NCBI GenBank assembly: GCA_050290185.1
Contig: JBNKHE010000003.1
Span: forward strand, 192,001-256,000
Source: Pontiella sp.
GTDB lineage: Bacteria; Verrucomicrobiota; Kiritimatiellia; Kiritimatiellales; Pontiellaceae
Direction of reading: 5' to 3'
Length of the DNA stretch: 64,000 bases
Positions 19,242 to 27,209 of this stretch are shown here, piece by piece (within the stretch, counting starts at the first letter, position 1; the number at the start of each line of letters is the position of its first letter). The notes below the pieces were generated by a model that saw nothing but the letters and a program-made list of their open reading frames with translations, did no database searches and was not told where the DNA came from. The translations under genes and the position numbers were made by a program.

Positions 19242-20249
19242 CTAAAACTTGTATAGCAGGCTGGTCAGCAGGGCCTTGTCGTAATATCCGCGATCGTCGT
19301 AGTATACTTCCGTGTCGCGGTCGAGCCGGTATTCCAGACGCAGGAAGATATCGTGGATAAGTTTGTTCTCCAGTCCGGCCGTGAATACAAAGTGATAGTC
19401 GGTAAGATCGCCCAGATGCGTATATTTCTGGATCAGGGTTAGCGAGTTGATGATTTGCCAGCGCAGGGATTCATCGAAAATGAACTTGGGCTGGGTCACG
19501 TTAAGTTCTTCTTCCTGCTGCGTTGCTTCGTTGTAGGAAATCCGGTCGAACTGGTGATATCCCCCTCCGGCCGAAGTTGCAAACTCGAAATCGGGGAGCG
19601 TCAGCCATTTGATGCCCATTTGTGCAGTTTGCAGGTATTCATTATCGATCTGCCGTCGGTAGTCCTGCTGATACATGGTTTTGGCAGTCGCGTAGTAGTT
19701 TTCCCGAAAATCGTGGGTGTACCGCTGTGTGATGTTGAGAAAGTCATCCTGCTTTTCATATTCGTCACGGCTGTAGCGGTAGGTCCAGTTCCAGCGGAGC
19801 TTGTTCTTGTTTGAATCCCAGCCCATGTCGCCATAGAACCGATAGGTTTCATTCTTATCCGTTCCCGTAACACCTGTGGCGTTGTATTTAACGGATTCGC
19901 GCATGGCGAGGGACAGACCGGTCTGCCCGGACCAATGGGCTTCTGGTTCGGACTTTTCCTGCACCTGCATGGGTGGAGGCTGCGATCCGGATATTACAGA
20001 ACCTTCCGCCGGGATGGCTTCGTTTAGAGCGCCTATCTGTTTATCGGATAGGATCTTGGAGATGTCTTTTTTTTGCAGGCTGACCGCCCCGACTGCACGT
20101 GATCTGAAATACACATGTTCCGGGGTTTCCTTTAGGATATCGCCGGTTAGGGAATCACCATTCTTGAGCAGGATGGTCTCCTCGGCAAAGCCCGGAAACG
20201 CCGTGATTAATAAGGCGAGGAGGAATATTGTTGTCTTATTTTTGGTCAT
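19242..20249 (-). CDS. DUF481-like outer-membrane beta-barrel protein
   Basis: Signal peptide, ILLKNGDSLTG N-domain, amphipathic strands, C-terminal LLYKF. Confidence 0.7.
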   Translation of the reverse strand: MTKNKTTIFLLALLITAFPGFAEETILLKNGDSLTGDILKETPEHVYFRSRAVGAVSLQKKDISKILSDKQIGALNEAIPAEGSVISGSQPPPMQVQEKSEPEAHWSGQTGLSLAMRESVKYNATGVTGTDKNETYRFYGDMGWDSNKNKLRWNWTYRYSRDEYEKQDDFLNITQRYTHDFRENYYATAKTMYQQDYRRQIDNEYLQTAQMGIKWLTLPDFEFATSAGGGYHQFDRISYNEATQQEEELNVTQPKFIFDESLRWQIINSLTLIQKYTHLGDLTDYHFVFTAGLENKLIHDIFLRLEYRLDRDTEVYYDDRGYYDKALLTSLLYKF

Positions 20250-20322
20250 TGGGCGGTGTGTTGTTTTAATGGGTTGAGGGGAAGCTATCGGTTTGGGAGT
20301 GGCTGGTCAATGCACGCAAAAT

Positions 20323-20356
20323 GAAAAACGCCCCGAGATTGAGGCGTTTCTCTTTT
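20323..20356. terminator. Terminator-like hairpin after lpdA
   Basis: AAAAACGCC...GGCGTTT. Confidence 0.5.
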
Positions 20357-20377
20357 GATATGCAGTTTGGGGACTGG

Positions 20378-21766
20378 TTATCGGGCCGGAGGAGCGTGGA
20401 TACAGGCCTTGTGGAGCGCATGGGCGGCTTCCATCCAGACCTCGGCAAAGGTCGGGTGGGCATGTACGGTATTACCCAGTTCCTCGGCCGTGAGTTCCTC
20501 GCGAACGGCTATAACCATTTCGCTGATCAGATCGGTGGCGTGCGGGCCGGCACACTGAGCACCGATGATCCGGTCGCTGTCCTTTTCTGCGATAATCTTA
20601 ACGAAGCCTTCGGTCTCGTTCGAGGCCATGGCTTTGCCGAGACCTCGGAAGGCAAACTTGCCGACATTGGTTTCGATCCCCAGTTTTTTGGCTTCAAGTT
20701 CCGTTACTCCAACGAGCGCCACTTCCGGAGAGGTAAAGATGACGCCAGGAATGACCACTTCCTCAATCTTCTCTGCGTCTTTAAGGGCGTGCTCAACGGC
20801 ATAAACCGCCTGAGAGGTTGCCGCATGGGCGAGTTGCATCCGTCCGGATACATCGCCAATACAGTAGATGTGAGGCACGTTTGTACGGCTTAATTCATCC
20901 ACATCGATATAACCCCGGTCATTGGTCGCAATGCCGGCAGCTTCTACATTGAGTCCATCCGTGACGGGACTGCGACCGATGGCCACCAGAAGCATATCGG
21001 CTTCGAGTTGCTTGTCGCCTGCGGTGGCCGTAACCCCCTTGTCGGAGGCAGCAATGTTTTCCATCGCATCGCCGGTCAGAAGTGTCATGCCGAGTTCATC
21101 CTTCATGTGCTTCTTGACCACCTGCCGCACATCCTTGTCCAGCAACATCAGCACATCGGCCAGCAATTCGACGACAGTCACCTTGACTCCGAGGCCGGCG
21201 GCCATGCAGGCCAGTTCGCATCCAATATAGCCGCCACCCAGCACCAGCAGGCTTTTCGGAAGTTTTTCCAGTTCAAGGAACGCGCGGCTTTCGACAATGC
21301 GTTCGTGCTTTGGAATGAATCCCGGTACCGTGGAAGTGGAACCGGTGGCAATGATAATGTTCTTGCCGGTGATCTCTTTAGTCGATCCATCTGAGGCTGA
21401 AACGGCAATGGTGTTGGCGTTGCGGAACGAGCCGGTTCCTTCAAATACGGTAACGCCGTGCGACTTAAGCAGGGAGCCGATTCCACTTTGCAGGTTCTGG
21501 ACGACCTGATCCTTGCGCTGTTTCATGGCGGGGTAGTCGATTTTCGGCTTGCCGACGCTAATGCCAAAGCTTTCGGCGTGCAGAATTTTTTGATAGACTT
21601 CCGCGCCGGCAATCAGGGTTTTGGTAGGAATGCATCCGCAGTTAAGGCAGGTTCCTCCCAGCCATTCGCGCTCGATAATGGCGGTTTTTGCGCCCAGTTG
21701 GGCGGCTTTGATGGCCGCAGGATATCCGCCCGGGCCGGCTCCAATTACAATTACATCAAAATCCAT
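20378..21766 (-). CDS. lpdA: Dihydrolipoyl dehydrogenase
   Basis: GAGPGG, GGTCLNCGCIPTK, HAHPTFAE. Confidence 0.95.
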   Translation of the reverse strand: MDFDVIVIGAGPGGYPAAIKAAQLGAKTAIIEREWLGGTCLNCGCIPTKTLIAGAEVYQKILHAESFGISVGKPKIDYPAMKQRKDQVVQNLQSGIGSLLKSHGVTVFEGTGSFRNANTIAVSASDGSTKEITGKNIIIATGSTSTVPGFIPKHERIVESRAFLELEKLPKSLLVLGGGYIGCELACMAAGLGVKVTVVELLADVLMLLDKDVRQVVKKHMKDELGMTLLTGDAMENIAASDKGVTATAGDKQLEADMLLVAIGRSPVTDGLNVEAAGIATNDRGYIDVDELSRTNVPHIYCIGDVSGRMQLAHAATSQAVYAVEHALKDAEKIEEVVIPGVIFTSPEVALVGVTELEAKKLGIETNVGKFAFRGLGKAMASNETEGFVKIIAEKDSDRIIGAQCAGPHATDLISEMVIAVREELTAEELGNTVHAHPTFAEVWMEAAHALHKACIHAPPAR

Positions 21767-21878
21767 GATTTATCTCTCCTTAAATGATGATCGGAGTATT
21801 GGTAAATTCGTTGTGCGGAGTCAACTTAAAGGCGAATTCAATCATGAAACGGGAAGTATTTTGTCTTTATCCCAGATG

Positions 21879-21894
21879 TGGCACTCAGAATGCT
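21879..21894 (+). promoter_or_regulatory. Candidate sigma-54 promoter of the pilin gene
   Basis: TGGCAC-TCAGA-ATGCT (GG-N10-GC). Confidence 0.65.
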
Positions 21895-21947
21895 CTATTA
21901 AGCTAATAGATGATTGTGTTCATGTTACTGGTTGGAGAATTGGACCC

Positions 21948-22430
21948 ATGAAAAGACAAAATGGTTTTACCCTGATCGAAATTATGGTGACGGTTGGCAT
22001 AATCGGCCTCCTTGCTGTGCTCGCTTCTGTCACGATGTCGAAAGCACGCAACTCGTCGTTGCAAAAACAGACTGAAACGGAATTGCGTTTTCTGTCCGCA
22101 GCGATCCTGCAGATGGCGTGGGATACGGGCCGTTGGCCGAATCAGGCCATTAGAACCACTCCGGGTAGCACCGAAGTATGGGATTTATCTCCAGGAAGTT
22201 GCGGTCTCTTAAGCAATGACGGAAGTTACGAAAACTGGAAGGGGCCCTATTATGAGGGAGACTTTCATGATGCTTGGTGGAGTGCAAAGGAAGATCATCG
22301 TGTATATTTCTTCGATCCTGACTACCTCATCGATGGAGTCAATCATGTGGTCGTTGGATCATTCGGCCCCAACGGAGAGGGACGCAATCAGTATGACAGC
22401 GATGATATCTACATCCTGCTCGATGATTGA
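21948..22430 (+). CDS. Type IV pilin / GspG-like pseudopilin
   Basis: Prepilin motif G|FTLIEIMVTVGIIGLLA; WKGPY and GSFGPNG...DDI GspG-like motifs. Confidence 0.85.
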   Translation: MKRQNGFTLIEIMVTVGIIGLLAVLASVTMSKARNSSLQKQTETELRFLSAAILQMAWDTGRWPNQAIRTTPGSTEVWDLSPGSCGLLSNDGSYENWKGPYYEGDFHDAWWSAKEDHRVYFFDPDYLIDGVNHVVVGSFGPNGEGRNQYDSDDIYILLDD

Positions 22431-23220
22431 GGATGTTGTTAGCGCGCTGCCTAATTCTCCATTCCGGACTGGATAGCGCATTCCAGAAAGCCTTTTACGA
22501 TTCTGTTGAATGAGGACTGGTGGCTTGTGTTCAGGGGGCACTTTTTGTTCCAGCACTTATATGTTGTGAGCCAGCTTCCACAACGATGAGTCTGGGTGCG
22601 AGCGCGAATGCAATCGGGGGCCTGGCTGTCTGACTGTTCTGCGCTACATCGAAAAACGGACAATGAGGGCATCCTCCCTCCATCCCGGATACAACCCTGA
22701 TTCGCATTTGAATCTAAACATTTAGCTGCCGGATCTATATTGCTCCCCGCTCTCCATGAATCCATGGAAACGACCGATAGGCGTGATGAAATCAACGCTC
22801 TTCGCCTAGGTTGCCGTTTGGTTCCTATGAACCATTCGCTGTCGCAGACAGGAACCTAAAAAAGTTCATGACCTATCTGCGGTGTAAGTGATTGAGCAAC
22901 CTAGAATAGGGCAGGATCACCGATCCGTCCGATCGCAAAGCGGTGCGGCGAGAGAGTCCTGCCTTCCCGGAAATGGGCCATGATCCGATTGGCACTTCCT
23001 AAAGGTTTTACAAGGATGAATCGCCGTCCGAGATGTTGAGCAGGCGAAGATTGGGCGCTATGCGCTTCCAATCACCTGCGGTACGATGATAGCCGCGTAT
23101 CGCCCGCTTCTAGCGGGCTCCGAAGCCTCCATGATGGCGGCCGAGCTGTATCGCAAGCGGGGCGCCTGCTGCCCGATGGGCCGGAACGAAACCTTAAGGA
23201 AATGCCATTCGGCTCATGAA
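22431..23220 (+). ncRNA. Candidate large structured ncRNA (~790 nt; MISL-like or novel)
   Basis: No credible ORF; many nested helices incl. 22806-14/22896-904, 22908-16/22957-65, 22979-23008/23189-218, 23039-46/23163-70; G-U pairs mostly favour the + strand; ends approximate. Confidence 0.55.
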
Positions 23221-23224
23221 GCAT

Positions 23225-23265
23225 AAAAAAAGCCCCGATTCCAAGGGAGTGAGGAACCGGGGCTT
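23225..23265 (-). terminator. Intrinsic terminator after the PilX-like gene
   Basis: Minus strand AAGCCCCGGTTCC...GGAATCGGGGCTTTTTTT. Confidence 0.8.
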
Positions 23266-23286
23266 AGGGGTTTGTGAGGGGAATCT

Positions 23287-24519
23287 TTATTTCTGCCAGG
23301 CGGCGATGGCAATGTAGTCGGTGGTTACCGAGCTACCGGGTGGTGAGGGAACGTTTTGCTCGAAATCGCTCAGGATATCCGAGTTCCCTGCTTTTTCTAT
23401 GTCGCCGTTGACAATGATCTGGCCAATTACGGTTCCGTTGGCGGTCATGTGAAAATTGCTTTTCTTGCAGTATATGAGTCCACGCAGGGTCCCTGTGCTG
23501 GTCACCTGAATTTCTCCGTCGCGGGCTGCAAGACCGAAGGCGCAGGTGCTGGGAGTGACATTAACTTGTCCTGAGATGTGAATCTGTCCTGTGGCAATGA
23601 TGGATCCGTTTATCGTGGTTCCGGGGCCACCGGAGCACATAACATCCCCATTAACCCAGAGAATGCCTCCGTTGGGGGTGTAGGAGGAACTGGTGCTGAA
23701 TCCATTATGCACTTCGCCATGGTCCAGAGCCCAGTTGTAGTAGGGCGTAAGGTCGATATCGGGAATGGCTACATTGGCCACCTGGGTTTGTGTCACGGTG
23801 CCGCCGATCGCCAATGCTTTTTTATAAATTACCTCCTTAGCCGTTACATCTCCCAGGGCTTTGGCGTTACCCTTGAGTTCCACCAGAATAGAAGAGGATA
23901 GATTGGCCCCGGCTCCGGCTGTTCCGCTCAGTATCATGGCTCCGTTGGAGTGGATCTTGGTTCCGCCGGGCGTCGTGATGGTTCCGCATCCCGTGAAATG
24001 AATCTCCTTGCCACAGAGAATTCCATAGCTGAACGCCTCGTTATCCAGAACCTCACCGTTATCGCTGGCTCCTCCGAGGTTCTGTACGCTGACGATAGAT
24101 TCGGCCGATACGGAACCACAGGTGCCTGTGGTGGTGACTAGAGCGGAAGAGTCGCCAATCGTGTCCACAGTGATGTTGTAACTGGCACCGTCCTGTGAAG
24201 AACTAAAGGAATAACTCGGTTTGGCGGACATCGATGTTTTAGACCCAGGCTGTCCCGATGGATCCGAGAAGGAACTAAACTTTGAGGAATCGTATCGGGA
24301 CGCCCAATCGGTTGACAGAATGGCGTAGCCGTATTCGCAACCAGCTTCTGCCATGGCTGTGGCCTTGATCTGCTGTGTAAGATGGCGGGAAGTAAAGGCT
24401 CGCTGCGATGATGAAAATGACAGCATCGCCAGAAATGTTGAGATTGCAGCAATGAAGAGTAGGACTACGAGAAGAGCAAAGCCGCCCTTTTCGGTCGATG
24501 GTTTGTTTTTAGCATTCAT
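23287..24519 (-). CDS. PilX/GspK-like minor pilin with large C-terminal beta-rich domain
   Basis: G|FALLVVLLF prepilin lacking Glu5, AMAEAGCEYG helix, G-rich beta repeats, terminal W. Confidence 0.7.
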   Translation of the reverse strand: MNAKNKPSTEKGGFALLVVLLFIAAISTFLAMLSFSSSQRAFTSRHLTQQIKATAMAEAGCEYGYAILSTDWASRYDSSKFSSFSDPSGQPGSKTSMSAKPSYSFSSSQDGASYNITVDTIGDSSALVTTTGTCGSVSAESIVSVQNLGGASDNGEVLDNEAFSYGILCGKEIHFTGCGTITTPGGTKIHSNGAMILSGTAGAGANLSSSILVELKGNAKALGDVTAKEVIYKKALAIGGTVTQTQVANVAIPDIDLTPYYNWALDHGEVHNGFSTSSSYTPNGGILWVNGDVMCSGGPGTTINGSIIATGQIHISGQVNVTPSTCAFGLAARDGEIQVTSTGTLRGLIYCKKSNFHMTANGTVIGQIIVNGDIEKAGNSDILSDFEQNVPSPPGSSVTTDYIAIAAWQK

Positions 24520-24535
24520 GGCCTTCTCCTTGGTT

Positions 24536-26560
24536 CTAGTGTCCGGTATTTCTCGGTCGAATATCGGAAAATAATGACGAAGTTACTCGCTTGGTATTCT
24601 TGTTGAGGTTATATATATCTTTATAGATCATGAGGTCGACGGTGAGGGCGGATTGTAAAGGAACGCCATCAACCAGGACTTCGACGATTCCGTAATCGGG
24701 GCCTTTGGTCATAACTCCGGTTATATTAACAAGTTGCATGTCTCCAGTCCAGTCGATCGTTACATCCTTGAGCTTGGGGGTCGACAGGCCGTCGCTGCTC
24801 GATTGAAACTGGGCCTGGAACTGTACATATCGCTTATAGGATGCGCTTATGGCATGCGAGCTTGCTGAGGCTGTGATATTGGTCCAGTCGCTCGCATCGG
24901 ACAGGTCTGCCAAGTCTCCGGTATGAACCTTGGTCGTCAGCACGGTTCCTGCGGGCACGTCAGCGTTCCATACCACATCTCCGTAGACCGGACTTCTCAG
25001 GCGGGTGTCAAAAATCTGCGAGGTATAGGTGCCGTTTGCCGGATAACTGACTGAGATGGACGAGAGCGCGAAAATGTGGTTCGTCGGGGTTCCGTTGACG
25101 TAACACTCCGTATTGGCTGTCATGTTATTGGTCCATGACATGGGAAAGCACCTGGAGGGGTCATTATTTATCTTGAATTTGACCAGATAGTTGTTGGTCT
25201 TGTTGATATCCATGTCGACCCATGTGGTTGTGGCGGACATTCCCGGCAATAAGATATCTGATTGGTCGGATAGACTCCCTCCCACCACAAACTGTGCTTT
25301 TTCCGCTGTGCTCCATGCGAATTTCGTTGTTTCTTGCGCCGTGGTTTTTCCGATATAGACATCTTTGATTTGCAAGTTTCCTTTGCGGCTGGCCTGGAAG
25401 GTCAATTTGCATTTGCGCCCGTTATAGGCAATCCAGTTTCCATTGGTCAGCAGCTCGGATCCATTGATGTGAACGTATACCGTTTTGTCCATCAGGGTGG
25501 TATTAGATACGGAGAGACCGCCTTCGCATCCGGTTTGAAGAGCTGCCTGCCACGCCACATCATTACCCTCCATTTGGACAACGAAGTCCTTCGGACTAAG
25601 CGTTTCGTCGAATTTGATCACGGTATTGTCGGCTTCGTAGCCAATGGCTCCGAAATTGGATTCCTCCCATCGGTCATTATCCATCGTGAGGGTAAAAGAA
25701 TTCCCGACGGCTGTGGCCGGGAAGTAGAGCTGGTGGTTTCCTTTCCACGAGCCGTTGGCAATATACTGAGCAACGGCAGTTGCACCTGATTGGGTTGTGA
25801 CCGGAAGTTGGGCCTCTGCTTCGCGTTCGCCATAGGATGGAGAAACATAGAGTTGATCAATCCCGATCTTGTATCCGCGTGAAGCGGCGTTTTTTCCAGC
25901 TACCTTGAATTGGAAGGTGTGCGGGCCGTTGGCGATTAGCGTATACCCAAGGCTGGCGGTTTCACGTTCTGTGATGGATGAATAGGCATCGAAAATGCCT
26001 GCCTTTGGGCTGATTGACCAGTCCAGCAGGTTTTGAAAAACCATGTGAGTCGAGGCGTTGTTTCCGTTGTAGGTGCCCGATCCAGACCCTGATGTTACCA
26101 CCGCGTCCAACTGCGCCTGCCTCTGCGTGTCGCTCAGTGTATTGATTCGGTTGTCGAATGTGGTCACGCGCAACTCGTTTGGGCTGCTGGGCCAGATGTG
26201 GTAGACGAGGGTTTTATCCCATATAATCTTTCCGCTGGCATCCAGTTCGAACAGGCCATCGCCATCGCTGTCCTCAGCCAATGGGAAGCTGATCGCGGTA
26301 TAGGGTCCCGGGCCGGCTGGATAGTAGAAGATTTCATCGAGCGAGGACAGCCGCAGGTCCTTCTTAAGACGTTCCATAGCTAGCTGGACGTCGATGTCGA
26401 GATCACTCTGCGTATCGCTTTCATTGGTGTTCTTAAGCGCAAACATATAGCCGCCGATGGCAATGCCAAGCACCAGCGTCGTGATCGTAACGGAAATGCT
26501 GGCCTCAACAAGGGTGAAGCCGTGTTTGGATCTGACTGCTCTGGACGTTGGATTGATCAT
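24536..26560 (-). CDS. PilW-like prepilin-type protein with very large extracellular domain
   Basis: G|FTLVEASIS, AMERLKKDLR, DSDGDG Ca-binding-like loop, GTYTSQIFD. Confidence 0.7.
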   Translation of the reverse strand: MINPTSRAVRSKHGFTLVEASISVTITTLVLGIAIGGYMFALKNTNESDTQSDLDIDVQLAMERLKKDLRLSSLDEIFYYPAGPGPYTAISFPLAEDSDGDGLFELDASGKIIWDKTLVYHIWPSSPNELRVTTFDNRINTLSDTQRQAQLDAVVTSGSGSGTYNGNNASTHMVFQNLLDWSISPKAGIFDAYSSITERETASLGYTLIANGPHTFQFKVAGKNAASRGYKIGIDQLYVSPSYGEREAEAQLPVTTQSGATAVAQYIANGSWKGNHQLYFPATAVGNSFTLTMDNDRWEESNFGAIGYEADNTVIKFDETLSPKDFVVQMEGNDVAWQAALQTGCEGGLSVSNTTLMDKTVYVHINGSELLTNGNWIAYNGRKCKLTFQASRKGNLQIKDVYIGKTTAQETTKFAWSTAEKAQFVVGGSLSDQSDILLPGMSATTTWVDMDINKTNNYLVKFKINNDPSRCFPMSWTNNMTANTECYVNGTPTNHIFALSSISVSYPANGTYTSQIFDTRLRSPVYGDVVWNADVPAGTVLTTKVHTGDLADLSDASDWTNITASASSHAISASYKRYVQFQAQFQSSSDGLSTPKLKDVTIDWTGDMQLVNITGVMTKGPDYGIVEVLVDGVPLQSALTVDLMIYKDIYNLNKNTKRVTSSLFSDIRPRNTGH

Positions 26561-26991
26561 AGGTGTTTGGCAATATAGGTATTGATGGTTTGTTCCGCTG
26601 GCGCGAATTCCAGCGTTTTTCGGTTCTGGATGTCCACAGTAATGGCCAACTGATAGAGATTGGTGTTGAGTGTCGTGATAACCGTAGAGCGTCTGAAGTG
26701 GCCTGTTAGGCTGGGACTTCCGTTTGCGTCGAGGAGAATTTGGTCTTCCTGCAAGTCTGGAATCTGATCGAACTCAAAGGTACGTGCCAGCTCCATGCGA
26801 TCCTTGGCCAGGTTTGCTGCGATGTAGTGATCGCGCGCCATGTCGAGTGTTCGCCGGTGTATGACAAGCATTTTACAGGTTCCGACAGCAAACGAGCCGA
26901 ACAATGCAAGAGCCAGCATGACCTCGGTAAGAGAGGTTCCGGCGCGACTTTTGCTATGTTTTCCTGTGGGTTTACTCTTCATTCCGTTCAT
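26557..26991 (-). CDS. PilV-like minor pilin
   Basis: G|TSLTEVMLALALF, A.NLAKDRMELAR; start could be 27003, 26991 or 26982. Confidence 0.75.
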   Translation of the reverse strand: MNGMKSKPTGKHSKSRAGTSLTEVMLALALFGSFAVGTCKMLVIHRRTLDMARDHYIAANLAKDRMELARTFEFDQIPDLQEDQILLDANGSPSLTGHFRRSTVITTLNTNLYQLAITVDIQNRKTLEFAPAEQTINTYIAKHL

Positions 26992-27019
26992 TCGGTTGCA
27001 CACTAAATCACATATATAA

Positions 27020-27036
27020 TAGCAGTGAGTATGCCA
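27020..27036 (-). promoter_or_regulatory. Candidate sigma-54 promoter of the PilV/W/X-like operon
   Basis: Minus strand TGGCAT-ACTCA-CTGCTA (GG-N10-GC). Confidence 0.6.
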
Positions 27037-27209
27037 TGCGTGCCGGTTTTCCGCCGGAGAGCGGAAAAGGGAATGAATCCGGTGGTTTCGGAAGGAAATG
27101 AACGAAAAAAACTAAACGTACAGGCTACAAGGTATTATCAAACTCGCAACAATGCGAAAAAACACGGTTCTCGAAGGAATTTCCCCCATTTTTGATTATA
27201 GAACCGGGG

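Noticed and set aside
22451..22795. 114-aa minus-strand ORF in the large intergenic region
   Set aside because: Non-ATG start, no RBS, unnatural composition, and it lies beyond the pilX terminator; RNA structure explains the region better
23175..23216. Minus-strand GAGCCGAATG...GTTCCGGCCC resembling group II intron domain V
   Set aside because: It would sit at the 5' end of a minus-strand RNA, has no proper DV stem or GNRA loop, no domain VI and no RT gene; it is one arm of the 30-bp helix
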